Made by a program: the position numbers and the translations under genes. Positions 23,768-38,098 of a DNA stretch of 64,000 nucleotides are shown here, one piece after another. Each line of letters starts with the position of its first letter. Positions within the stretch are counted from its first letter, which is position 1. Under the pieces are notes generated by a model that had not been told where the DNA came from, made no database searches, and saw only the letters and a list, made by a program, of their open reading frames with translations. Origin of the DNA: Minutocellus sp. GHC0000111 (Eukaryota); the NCBI GenBank assembly GCA_977018835.1, contig OZ361258.1, positions 3,906,001 through 3,970,000 of the forward strand. Reading direction: 5' to 3'.

Positions 23768-24736
23768 ATGATGGCATCCTCCGGATCCGAATCGCAATTG
23801 CCGCCCGAGCATCGCAGAACTGGCAGCAGCGGCACTGGCAGCAGCGGCAACGATGCGACGCCACCGGCTTCTGGACGTATTGCCGACAGCAAGAAAAGCA
23901 GCACAACATCACGCTCAGCAGGTCCAGGCCCAGGCCACGCCCGCCGCAGATCGACAGTGTCCAACCCGTACGACGCCTTCTTCCAGGCCGACGCCAAGTT
24001 CGTTGGATCGTCCTCCCTCATCTCGTCGCCCAACACCATCGAACCCACCGACAAGATATTTGTGAGACCGCCGCCGATGCCCTCGGTTCACACCGACGGC
24101 CGCGGTGAAGTGTGGAACCTCCGCGTCGGGTCGTACCACCCCGACGCCGAAACGTTCTCCCGTCGGATCAACCTGTCGCATACCAAGAAGGACGTCATGC
24201 GCCACGGAGACTTTCATCCCAACGTCCAGTGCGGCTTCATCTTTTCCGGCAAGCTCGAGGTATGGACGCCGGGACCGGATGGAAAGACGCAAAAGAAGCT
24301 GTATGGGCCCAACGATTATGTGGAGGTAGCACCGTACGTTCCGCATGTGTACAACTATGTTGAGGATACCATCATGGCCGAGTGGTGGGAGAGCACCGGC
24401 AGCGGGGAAGGGTCGCACTTCAAGCATTGGTTCTACGCCCCGTATAGACGAATCGTTGATGTAAGTTTCGTGAAAACGACGGCGGGGGAGAAGGGACGGT
24501 TGCGGATATTTCGGGAGCAGGTTGGGGCGTACTTTGGCGTGAGCGTCGGCGACGGTGGAGAGGACGATGGCACTGGCCCGGTTTGCATACCTGGCAAGAC
24601 CAATTGGGCTGGATTGTTCGGCGTCGCGGCGGTGATTGGAGCTGCTGGGTTTGCCCTTGGCGTTTCCATGGCGTCGGCAGCCGCCGCTGGGGGAGGAGCT
24701 GGTGGTGGTGGTGGTGGTGGTGAATCCAAGAGATAG
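23768..24736 (+). CDS. cupin (RmlC-like) domain protein with C-terminal TM helix
   Basis: HTDGRGEV, MRHGDFHPNVQCGFIFSGKLEV and VAPYVPHVY resemble cupin motifs 1 and 2; hydrophobic WAGLFGVAAVIGAAGFALGV tail. Confidence 0.6.
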   Translation: MMASSGSESQLPPEHRRTGSSGTGSSGNDATPPASGRIADSKKSSTTSRSAGPGPGHARRRSTVSNPYDAFFQADAKFVGSSSLISSPNTIEPTDKIFVRPPPMPSVHTDGRGEVWNLRVGSYHPDAETFSRRINLSHTKKDVMRHGDFHPNVQCGFIFSGKLEVWTPGPDGKTQKKLYGPNDYVEVAPYVPHVYNYVEDTIMAEWWESTGSGEGSHFKHWFYAPYRRIVDVSFVKTTAGEKGRLRIFREQVGAYFGVSVGDGGEDDGTGPVCIPGKTNWAGLFGVAAVIGAAGFALGVSMASAAAAGGGAGGGGGGGESKR

Positions 24737-24861
24737 CTACGTACGACATACATGGCATAATACGACGCCGGCTTTTGATATTTAGATTACAAATTGTACA
24801 AAATCTACGAACACCGTTAAGCAAGCCACCATACAGCATGTTTGCATTTTTTGGTTCGTAT

Positions 24862-25545
24862 CTAAGACATGATCAAATCATCGTCCTCGTTCTCATCATC
24901 ATCTCCATCCGTCTTACCCAACAAGGAGGGAACGTTACTCCCCCTCGGCGGTCTCGGTGCTGGCATGGCAAAACCATCGGCATCAGTTGCAGTGGGTGGA
25001 GCAGCGACAAAGGCAGCGGCGGCAGCACTCCTACCAGTACCACCATTCTCCTGCTGCTGCTCCTTGGCCTTCTTGGCCTTGGCGGATGCCGATTCATCCA
25101 AATATCCCAACTGCAACACCCCAATCAGACCCTGGGTGTTGACCCACCGATGGTACTTGTCGAACAGGGCACTGGCATCCCCTCCCAAACAGGGTTTGAA
25201 TATGTCCACGCCGCCCGGATGATAGTGCAAATACGGCGTAATGTTGTACACCTTGCCATGAAGCGAAATCCACGCATCGTGGACCGAGGCATGCTGCGCA
25301 ATTTCTTCCGGCGATATGGGCCGCAGTGGTTGTCCCTGACGCTGGGCCAAATCCCGCGCCGACCGGCACAGCAGCGACCAATCGTGCAGACCAAAGCCGC
25401 GGCGGAGGGCCACCTTGTTGCGTGCGGTGTTGCGCGCCACTACCGGTCCTCGTGCGGGTGCCGTGCCGACTTGCCGGCGTTGCTGCTTTTGGGTGATGTT
25501 CTTGCCCGACTCGGCCGCCGTTGGGGGCAATGTGGAGTCGTTCAT
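24862..25545 (-). CDS. cytochrome b5-like heme-binding domain protein (CYB5R4 N-terminal type)
   Basis: RNKVALRRGFGLHDW, EEIAQH...DAWISLHGKVYNITPYLHYHPGG, DASALFDKYHRWVN. Confidence 0.85.
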   Translation of the reverse strand: MNDSTLPPTAAESGKNITQKQQRRQVGTAPARGPVVARNTARNKVALRRGFGLHDWSLLCRSARDLAQRQGQPLRPISPEEIAQHASVHDAWISLHGKVYNITPYLHYHPGGVDIFKPCLGGDASALFDKYHRWVNTQGLIGVLQLGYLDESASAKAKKAKEQQQENGGTGRSAAAAAFVAAPPTATDADGFAMPAPRPPRGSNVPSLLGKTDGDDDENEDDDLIMS

Positions 25546-25815
25546 ACTGGGCAATATCGTCGGTCTGGGTAGAGTACTAGGTCGAGTAGCTGTGTAATAT
25601 GAGGTCGAGCAGTAGGCAAATGGATTGACTGACTGGATGACTGGACGACTGCTGGACGGCCGGGCGATGCGGGGCGTCTTTCGCGGCACAAAAAATCGCC
25701 GACATCGCCGACCATGAGGCGGACCATCGCCTGCATTGACCTGCATGCATTCCATATTCCGAAGGCGATAAGTCTTCCGAGGATACCAATTACTACAACA
25801 GATAGACGGCCGATC

Positions 25816-27562
25816 ATGTCCTCTGAAGATATCAGCGCCAACGGTGGCGATGGCGCTGCTGCTCCAGACACCGAGCACACCAACGAAACCGAAGTCGACA
25901 CCGACGAGCGACCCGAAGCCGAAGCCGATCCATCGACCCTCGACCCGCAACCCCTCTCGACGGCCTCCTCCTCCCTCCGCTCCCTGGTCCAGAAGGCCCA
26001 GCAGCTGTTCGACGAGACGTACTTCTGCCCGTCGTCTCCGATCTGCGCCGTGGCTCCCGGCCGGGTCAACTTGATGTGAGTGCAGTTTGTTGAGTTGTTT
26101 TTTTATCGTGTGGCATGACACATGTTAGGTTGGTCGGCCCTTTTTCTTACTTTGTATCATTCATTCATCCCAAATAAACACACACCACTTTAGCGGAGAA
26201 CACACAGACTACACCGAAGGCTTTGTGTTGCCGATGTGCATTGGATATCAGACCGTCGCCTACGGCAAAGGCAGGATCGAAGATTTGCCCCCTTCGGAAG
26301 ATGATGATGGTGGTGGGGAGGAAGAGGAGACAAAGCGTGAGATAGGCGGTGACGACGATGATGGAGAAAAAGAGATCACCACTCGACCACGCAGTGCGTC
26401 CATGGCATCCGACGTTGGCAAATGCTGCGTGGTGTCCACGTCGCAGGGTTCCGGATCGGTTGTCAAGTTCTTCGCCCGACGCAAGAACGGACCGAATGGA
26501 TCCTCCCTCATGACGCCCGTGGAGGAAGCCGAAAAGAGGTGGGCGAATTACGTATCCGGCGTCGTTTCGCAGCATCTGCCTGACTTGCCGCCGGGTAAGA
26601 CCATCAGCTTCGACCTTGCCATTTCTGGAGACGTCCCTCTGGGCAGTGGTCTCTCTTCCAGTGCCAGCTTGGAGGTGGCCGTGGCGACATTTCTGGAACG
26701 GTTGATCGATCGGGAGTGCGGTGCTGGCACCGCCTACTCCTCCTCGGAACGTGTCCAGGAAATGATTGAAAAGGCAGTTGTCGGACCGGAGGAGGCCATT
26801 GCAACAGTCAAGAAGATTGAACGGGCTCTGCGCTGCCAGTTGGCAGAGCATAAATTCGCCAACAGCCCTTGTGGTATCATGGATCAGTTCATTTCGTCGG
26901 CTGGGCAGGTCGGTTGTGCCATGTTGATTGATTGTCGGTCCAAAACGTACGAGCTGGCGTCCATAGGTGACGGTCCGGATGTCCCGGCGATTGTGGTGGC
27001 CAATTCCGGAGTAACCCATTCCATTGGAGGTGGTGAATATCCCAAGCGCGTCCAGCAGTGCAAGGAGGCGACGGAGGCGCTGCAGAATCATCGCTGGGCA
27101 ATCACCAAGCTCTTGGTGGGGGACATCAAAATGTTGCGAGATGTCACCCCGGCTCATGTTGAGGCAGCCAAGGAGGATATGAGCGAGGTATCGTACAAGC
27201 GGGCCATACACGTGACGGCCGAGAACAAGCGCACCACCGATGCCAAGAAGGCACTGGATTCCAGTGACTGGGAACAAATGGGAAAACTCATGAACGACAG
27301 TCATGACAGCTTGCGTGATGATTACGAAGTGAGCTGCGAAGAATTGGACAAGCTTGTGGAACTGGCAAGGGAGTTCGATGGTGTGTATGGAAGCCGAATG
27401 ACTGGCGGAGGCTTTGGTGGCTGCACAGTAACATTGGTGAAACGATCCCAGGCAGAGAATCTCATGGACTATCTTCAGGATAAATACAAGGAGGCGGTCG
27501 ACATCGACTGTGCCTGCTTTGAAACAAATGCATGTGCGGGTGCTCGAGAGATTGCACTCTGA
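25816..27562 (+). CDS. GALK: galactokinase (GHMP kinase); intron 26076..26193
   Basis: APGRVNL|IGEHTDY across the intron, VPLGSGLSSSA, CGIMDQF, LRDDYEVSC, GSRMTGGGFGGC. Confidence 0.93.
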
Positions 27563-28012
27563 AAATGAATGAATAAAATGAATGAGCAAAGTGCAGTGCC
27601 CTTTTCGTGAGCCCAGGTACATGTGTACCGGTACGGTGGCAGTAAGAAAATTGGAGATGTTCCTATCATTTCGTTACTGTAGAAACGCCACGTAGATCTC
27701 TAGAGATGCTTTAAGTAAATATCTAGTCTACCGGTACGGGCAGATAGCTACCGGAACCAGTACGGTACTTCAAAGAAAGGCAGTCCCCCATCACACAGCT
27801 CACGGCCATCCGCCCGGCTGCCATCGGTCGGCTGAGTCCAGTCATATGATGCGAGGATGACGCAATAGAAATATTCAACACCAACTCACTGTACGTACGT
27901 AGGTACGTACTCTTACGTACGAGTACACAAGAGCAGTCGACTACACTCTCTGCATTGTTGCTGCTGCTGTGCCATAATCCAGCCACAATACAGTCAAACT
28001 ACGTAACAAGAT

Positions 28013-28519
28013 ATGAAGTTCGCAACTCTTCTGGTACTCGCCTCCACCTTGCTCCTCATCGATGGGATCGAAGCTTCCAAGCGACGCGCATTGAGGCCCC
28101 GTCAGAGGCGCGCGAAGGGAAGCGCTCCACAGGAGCCTCCCACATTGGGACTGCCTGAACAGGATTATCTTCCAACTGCATCTTTCTCGCCAACTGCCCT
28201 TGGTCTTGAAGATCCTAAAACGCCGCGATATCTCATTGCCGAGTGCTTTGGTAGCGGCGGATTCCCCTGTAGTTACTACCAGTCTGCGGCCGCCTGCTTG
28301 TCTCTGAATCATCCTACCGACTTTACTGTTGTTTGGGCACAGAATGCCAATGAAGGGATGAGAGTTGGAACAGGAACTTGCCAAGCTGGAACCAATGACA
28401 GCAACAAGATTGTTGACGTAACGGACATCAATATCAACCAAAATAGCAAGATATACGCAATGTTCTGCTGCAGTGGTTCGCAATTCGTTGATCCTGGTGT
28501 TGTCACGCCGCCTGAGTAA
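28013..28519 (+). CDS. small secreted Cys-containing protein
   Basis: Clear signal peptide MKFATLLVLASTLLLIDGIEA, basic KRRALR pro-segment, six Cys in the mature part; no family recognised. Confidence 0.6.
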   Translation: MKFATLLVLASTLLLIDGIEASKRRALRPRQRRAKGSAPQEPPTLGLPEQDYLPTASFSPTALGLEDPKTPRYLIAECFGSGGFPCSYYQSAAACLSLNHPTDFTVVWAQNANEGMRVGTGTCQAGTNDSNKIVDVTDININQNSKIYAMFCCSGSQFVDPGVVTPPE

Positions 28520-29089
28520 ACGAACTAAATGTGTGAATCGACAGTTCTGCGCGCTTGCGCTTGTGGTAACTCTACTGCTGATGTTGGTGCATATCGATTC
28601 TGCAGAGGACTAATTTACTTTATGTGTAGATATAGACAATACATATTACAAATCAGCAAAGAATGTCGCTAGTAGGCGAGTTAGGTGATCGTTGTGACGA
28701 ACCCCAACGGTCAAATCCCAGCGAACTACCAACGACAATACTTCCATGTTTTGATTTCATAATACACCCCACCACATTGTTTCCCTCAGCTAGCTACGTT
28801 GTATTCAATGCCGGCAATGCCACCAAAAACTTCCAAGATACATCTCGATTCATTCCCGCTCATTAAAAAGGAACTGAATTTACCAATGGACTCTCCCGGT
28901 GCAGCATACATGTATTCGACCCAGATATTTTTTTAAAAGTACAAGGTTCTGCCAGGAGCATCTGTTTTTTTTTTTAGGATTACAATTGAATTGACCAAAT
29001 AAAAAATCAATTCACGAACTTTCATTGCTGTGAAAAGACACAAAGAGCTTGCTTTGCTTGAAGCGAACCACCTCACTCGACCAATTTGT

Positions 29090-29617
29090 TCAAGTCAAAT
29101 ACGAGAGATAGACGAAGCAGCCGTTTGTGAAGGTCCATACAGCGGCACGTACTTCGTGCCGAAGTCCTGCCCAATACACAGCGTGGTGCACCAATTTGGA
29201 AGCTGTGTAGGCGTAAAGAACTGATGGATCACCAGCATCTAGCTGAGCGTAGATCAGGCCGACGGCAAGGAATGGGACGTTATTTTCCAGATCATGGCCC
29301 ATGATTCGTCGCTGCTTCTCGGCTGGTTCGTAGGGCTTCAATTGGTCTGGACTTGGGTTAGGATTGCACGGCCCTTGGAGCAAGTCTTCTGGGTTTCTCA
29401 CACCCTTCCCGCCAGTAGTCACCATGTGATAAACTGTCGTCCACGCCGTGAAGCTCATTTTTAAGCCAAGAACTGCGAGCAAATGTATGAGAGGTATGAG
29501 AGAATGATGAAAGTAGAGAAAAGACTTTCGATGCGCGCGCAGAATTTGACAATCGAACTACTTACCGATGGCGCATTTCGAGTAAGAAACAAACAAGGGC
29601 GACTTGAACGTATCCAT
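29090..29617 (-). CDS. MAPEG-family microsomal glutathione S-transferase / PGES-like; intron 29473..29565
   Basis: VLGLKM, VRNPED, RRIMGHDLENNVPFL, SKLVHHAVY. The GTAAGT...CAG intron joins to ATG 29617. Confidence 0.8.
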
Positions 29618-29991
29618 CTTATATCGCTGCCGAGGATTTGAGTTGTACGCTTTGCAATTCTGTGGAGAGAAGCTGCTCTGGGTTGCAGTGGACCAAGCGG
29701 TGGCGTATCTTCCGTATCTTTCTCATCGATCAAAAAACAGTCAAATTACTGTAAGGGAAAGACGTCCCAGAAGGGAGTGCAATGGAACAATTATTTATGC
29801 CTCGCTTCGCGTCGCGAGGCACACGCGTGCCAGATGGCGTCAAGACCGTGAAAAGATGCGCCAATAATCATGACCGTGGACAATAATTAAGGCAACACAG
29901 CAATTGATTGGGTTGATTGATCCCTTCAGATCATATTTTGCCTTTGCGATCATTGATAAGCAATTCTATTGTTCCTCTCGATCAACCAGCA

Positions 29992-32879
<2,888 letters not shown>

Positions 32880-33107
32880 GCGGTAAGCGGAAAGCATTCC
32901 TTATGTTAGACAGGCTATCTCAATGGTAGACAGATGGGCAAAAGCCTTCAGTGAGTCTATGCGAAATATATAAAATAAATTGTTTTGTTGAGTTGATTGT
33001 GAGAAATTAAATTTAATTCGATCCTATAGGTGCACATGAAGGTCTTGTCACAAATATGTTTTAAGCACAATTCATCTTGGCTCCCCTTTTCACATATATA
33101 AATATAA

Positions 33108-34676
33108 TTAAGCCATAGGGTTGGCAGTGCCCCAAAAGTTGACGTCTTCGTCGTCGATCTTGCCTAGCACATCCAACAGCCGGTCGGCATCGCCAATGTC
33201 TTCCCACCTGGGATCGCAAGTTTTGTGGACGTCTACGACACTACCGGTGGTGGAAGATGGTGCAGTCTTGATGGGATGCCCAATCTCGTGTGACTGGTGC
33301 GAAGGATAGCCCCCCGTGGTTGTATTCCAATTGGAAGGTACAATCTTGCTGGACTGGGCGTCAGAGGAGGTTGAGGAGATGGAATCATTACGGCCGTCGC
33401 TGTAGCTGATCTCGCGCCGGCGTTGCATCGACGAGGAGGCAACGTCTCCGGGAGCAACTTGCTGATACGAATAATGGGGTGGTTGGCTAGACTGATGCTG
33501 CCAATGGCCATGGTGGGTCACGTAGGAAGAGTGCTGCTGACCATGGTAATACGTAGGTGCCAAATACATTGTCGTCTCGGAAAGGAAATCGCCACCATCG
33601 TTCCCCTCAGAGACCCTCCTAGCGGTGGTAGCGGGAGGAGGTTGAAAGTCGCCGGGAAAATTGTACGTATACGGCTGCGTCTGCTGCTGACGACTGGGGT
33701 GGTGATGCGTGTAGGGATCCATCATGCCAGTTTGGTATTTGTTGGTCAAGGAAGTGCCATCGTTGGTGTAATCATGTAGACTTTCGGCGCTGCTGCTGTT
33801 GACGGAGCTGCGAGCGCTGACGGTGCGAAGGTTATTGGTCAATCCAGCAGTATTCTCACATGCCTGGTCCAGGGTAGTCTTGAGATTATCGACGGTGGGG
33901 GCCTGCGAGGGCTGCTGCGCGAATGAGGAGACACCATTGTGATAAGTGAGATAGTCCCCGTGAGAGTAAACCTCGTGCTGTTCTGGCTCCTTGGCAACGC
34001 TAGTATCGGCAGCGCTCTTGTCAACATTCGAAGCATCGACCTTGGCCTTCTTTCGAGATTTCTTGCTCTTGGGTGAGCTGGATGGACTCTTTCGGGCACT
34101 ACTCGTCGTTTTCGAAGTAGCAGTCTTATCCTGCTTGTCCTTCTGCGGAAGCTCTTTGTCACCCCCGGCAGCCTTCCAGGCCTCCATCTCCTTGAGATAT
34201 CGTTGCTTGTCGACCCGGGCCAGCGACTCGAAGTGCTCCCGCCGATCGTCCTCGAGCGCCTTCCACTGGGCGCCGATATTTCGTGCCATCTCGGCGAAGC
34301 CAATCTTTCGATGGGGAGGAGGACGGCCTCTCTTAGACAGGTCCCGCCGGGCGCTGGGCGATTGCAGCGTCGTGGCGTGCTTGGAATGGTCGTACGTGGT
34401 GCTGCCCGACGAGGCCGTGCTGGCCAGCATCTCGTCGCGGGCGTGTTTGAAGAAGAGATTGTACGCGCTGAGGGGACGCTTGGGCTTGCTGATTGCAGCA
34501 CCAGAGGCGCTGGTCGCCGACGACGAAGATGGAGAAGAAGACATTGAGCGGGGAGGCGACTTGGACTTGGTTTTGGACTTGCTGCTCCCGGGCGTCGGTG
34601 GTGAGTGCTTGCTGGCGACGATGCTACGACTGGCGCTGGTGGCCTTGTTCTTGTGTCTCGTGTTGTGAGGGGACAT
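33108..34676 (-). CDS. HMG-box transcription factor
   Basis: KPKRPLSAYNLFFKHAR...PPHRKIGFAEMARNIGAQWKAL...LARVDKQRYLKEMEAW, a split HMG box followed by a low-complexity tail. Confidence 0.88.
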   Translation of the reverse strand: MSPHNTRHKNKATSASRSIVASKHSPPTPGSSKSKTKSKSPPRSMSSSPSSSSATSASGAAISKPKRPLSAYNLFFKHARDEMLASTASSGSTTYDHSKHATTLQSPSARRDLSKRGRPPPHRKIGFAEMARNIGAQWKALEDDRREHFESLARVDKQRYLKEMEAWKAAGGDKELPQKDKQDKTATSKTTSSARKSPSSSPKSKKSRKKAKVDASNVDKSAADTSVAKEPEQHEVYSHGDYLTYHNGVSSFAQQPSQAPTVDNLKTTLDQACENTAGLTNNLRTVSARSSVNSSSAESLHDYTNDGTSLTNKYQTGMMDPYTHHHPSRQQQTQPYTYNFPGDFQPPPATTARRVSEGNDGGDFLSETTMYLAPTYYHGQQHSSYVTHHGHWQHQSSQPPHYSYQQVAPGDVASSSMQRRREISYSDGRNDSISSTSSDAQSSKIVPSNWNTTTGGYPSHQSHEIGHPIKTAPSSTTGSVVDVHKTCDPRWEDIGDADRLLDVLGKIDDEDVNFWGTANPMA

Positions 34677-36943
34677 GATGGGCGAGAAGGCAAGAAAGAT
34701 TTCGAGAAAGATATCAAATGAAAATTGATAGGCAAGGCAGATTGGCGTGTGTGATGCTCCTGTGCTGCCGACACCGGGCTACTGTGCGCTTCTGCAGGGC
34801 TGCGAAATGAAAGAAGATTGTTGTGTGGGACAGATTAGGTCAGATGCTGATGATAAACACAGAAGCAATTCGAGCAACAGGTTGGCGGGAAGGGAAAAGG
34901 TGTCTTCGTGCTCAAAATGCCTTGTGGCAGGAAAGGACATTGAGAAAGGAACGCTTTTTCATCCATCAGGCAAAAAGACATGCTGGACCTCGGCCTGAAG
35001 CTCGAGTCCGAAGGCATGCCAATGCGGGTTGCGCGTTTTCTGCGCGCCATCGTAGCACAGTGATCGACCTCTCTCTCTCTCTCTCTTCTTCGATTGCCTC
35101 TTACCTTGCTTGGTGTTCCACACTTTGTTGTGATTGATCAATGGCTCTGCTCTGGCGAGATGCGCGGCAATGAGCTGTTGTGCGGCTTGTGCGGCGTGAG
35201 GGGAAACAAGTTGTGTGTGACTGCGTGACCTTAGCGTGGGAATTCGAATGTCTGATGTGTGTGCGGGCGTGCTACAAGGAGTAGAAGGCGCCCAGATGGC
35301 AAAGAATTTCTGTGTGCGGGGACAATGAGCCTTGTTCCAAGTTGTTCCCGGTCTTGGGCATCTCGTGGTGAGAATTGATGTGTGGGAGGGGCTGGGCCTT
35401 GTAAGGCCTTGTTCCAGGTTGATCCTTGTTCCCACGGGTCTTGGGTGATTCGACGTCCAATTGTTTTTTTTCCTTGCCAGAAACGTTCCCCCGATGTCTC
35501 GATATTTACAATGGCCCTCCTCAAAAAACCATTTTAACGCCGCACACACGAAACCAAAATATCTCGCTTAAACGTTCCTCAGGCTGTCTGGAACACACTA
35601 GCCTGTTGCAGTTGGCTGATGATGTCGTCTCAGCGAGGACAGAGAGAAAGATACCACGCTCATTCCGGCCACTTCAACTCCCCCGGCCGTGACTGCCAAA
35701 CAACGCAAGCAAGCAACTTAGCAAACTCAGCATCGCGGCGAAGCACGGGAAAAGTCGCAATTTCCTGCCGGACCAACTTTTCCCCCTGAAACATGGCAAA
35801 AAGACTTGATCGAGCCGGCCTGCCTCGCTTACGTCCCCACTCTAGACACATTCAAGGTTGGGGACATCGAAGGTCCGGCTCGAAAATTCCGCACACAGGC
35901 TGAGCTATCGAGGGGGAAAAATCACGCACAAAAAACGATGACGACGCACGAAAATTTGCTCTCATTGGCGGCCGATTCGGGGGCGGATACGAACAAAAAC
36001 CACAACAATCAACCATACAAACATTTTCATACATATCTTGGGCGTGTGTCTCTGCATTTCTGGGTGGATTGGGAGGCTGTGGCTCTCACGGTATCACTTC
36101 TCATCCGCGGCCCTTTTTCGCGCACTCGAACACAGAGGTTGATTGTTTTGATTTATATTTTCTCATACAATAGCATGCCAATCAAGCTGAAACTTTCGCA
36201 TGCGTAGCGCAATGGTATCGGCCAGCCTCGGGAATGCCCATATCTTACCTTGCAAATGTGTAGCGGCCAGGAGCGGGGGTCACCATGATGAGCTTCGTTC
36301 GGGAGAAAAAATGGACGGACGTCGGTCTTTCCGTCGTCCGACAACACGAGCGAAGTTAGCAAAAAGATAGATCTACCAGGTGGCCATCACTTGAAGATAC
36401 GGCTACAGTAGAATATCACAGGATGCTGTCATTTTATGATAACGGACAGGCCAGCACGAGTCAATGCGAAGGTTGGAAAAATGGAATGCAAAGGTTGCCA
36501 GGCATGCAGCCCGAATCTCAAGCGGGTGAATCGCATCATAAAAAGCCGAAATTAAAGTGAAAGATGACGATCCAACGAGTACAATACATCATACAAACAG
36601 ACGAGCAGAGGTAGAACCAAAAACTGAAAAAAATTGATTAGCATTTCCATTACAATGCCAGCCACGGTGAATCCCGATCCCGATCCTGATCCTGAAGATC
36701 CTTTCCAGATGCAGAGCAAAGATGAGTCGACCAAGACGCCTCCCCCTCGGGCTGATTCCCAGATCCTGCGTTCGCTCAAAGAGACACCTATGACTTTGTA
36801 CACGAGGTTCTGCCGTAATCACAAGTGGTGCTTCGGCATCGTGGTTCTCATCGCTGTGGTCGCAGCCATCATCGGCGTGCACTTTTGCGGCTGGAGTGGT
36901 TGACAAGCAAACAAAAGAAATACCGGTACATACATAAAATAAC

Positions 36944-37869
36944 TCAGGCTTCATCCTCCATTCCCCACATTCTGTAATCAAAGTCCTCCATGCTTCTGAT
37001 AACCTCGTCGGCCTTGGCCTCCACAAAGGCATCTGGTTTCATTCTTGGGTCGGGAACTGCCACAGATTTGCATCCAGCCGCCACTGCACTCTGAACGCCT
37101 GCAACTGCATCCTCAAATACCAAACATTCCGTCGGATCCACACCGAGTTGTCGAGCTGCCTCGAGGAACCCATCTGGAGCTGGCTTCCCATTCTTGACCT
37201 CTGGATCGTCTCCACATACAATGACGGGTATGTGCTGGAATATTCGCTCGTGCTTTATCCGTTTCTTCTCCACGGCAACCCGACGGCTGGAGGTGGATTT
37301 CGTGCCGCTAGTCCCTCGACAAGTTCCACGGCACCGGGAAGGGCGTCGACATTGCGGCACATGTCGCTTAGCTGTGTTTCCCATCGTTCCCAAAATTCCG
37401 ACACTGATGGTGCTGGCGGTAGCAAATTATCACCAGTGGATGATTCCCCGTCTTGTACCACGCGAACACCCCAATGCTTCCGACCGTATTCCAGCACCAA
37501 CGGAATCCACGCGTGTCCCTGGAGACCGAGGGTTTGCTTCTTGAGTTCCCATGGCAATTTGTAGTTTTCTGTCTCCCGGAGCATAGCCCGCATTTCTTCG
37601 GACAACGATGGCCCAAAGGCATCCAATACCGCCGAGCACGAGAGCGTCTCGGTGTCGAGCAAGGTTCCATCGAGATCGAAAATGACGGCAGAAATTTTTG
37701 GAGGTGGCGAAGGGTTCGCAGGATGGGCTCCATCCAACGATGCCCCTACCGTTAACTTGCTTCCACTGGGAGGCATGCTTCTTTTTGAGATATATCCTTG
37801 TTGAGTGGATTTGCTTGAAATGAAGGAGAGGCCGATCACAAGAGGCGTCCAAGGCAGCATTAGTACCAT
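36944..37869 (-). CDS. HAD-superfamily phosphatase (subfamily IA; HDHD1/FMN-phosphatase-like); apparent frameshift ~37290-37310
   Basis: Motif I VIFDLDGTLLDTE and LPGAVELV are in one frame; GDDPEVKNGKPAPDGF and CLVFEDAVAGV are in another. Confidence 0.85.
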
Positions 37870-38098
37870 GGTGCTTTGGATGCGCTTTGAGTTTTGTGTC
37901 TGACGATGCGATGACGATGACGTTGCTGTTTGCAAGTTCGCCGATGAACTTCGCCGAGAGTTAAAAAGCGCCCTCGGCGGCCGAGATGACCGACCACAAG
38001 CCAATTGCCACGTACCTAGGTAGCATTTTGGCGCCATAATAATGGGCACATCGGCAATCATAACAAGCTTCTTGCTGTGTCAACTCTAGCAAGCGATA

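Noticed and set aside
26165..27622. 485 aa minus-strand ORF
   Set aside because: Antisense shadow of galactokinase.
36655..36903. Small ORF with a DP repeat and a hydrophobic C-terminus
   Set aside because: Could be a real tail-anchored microprotein, but it is too short and has no recognisable family to support a call.
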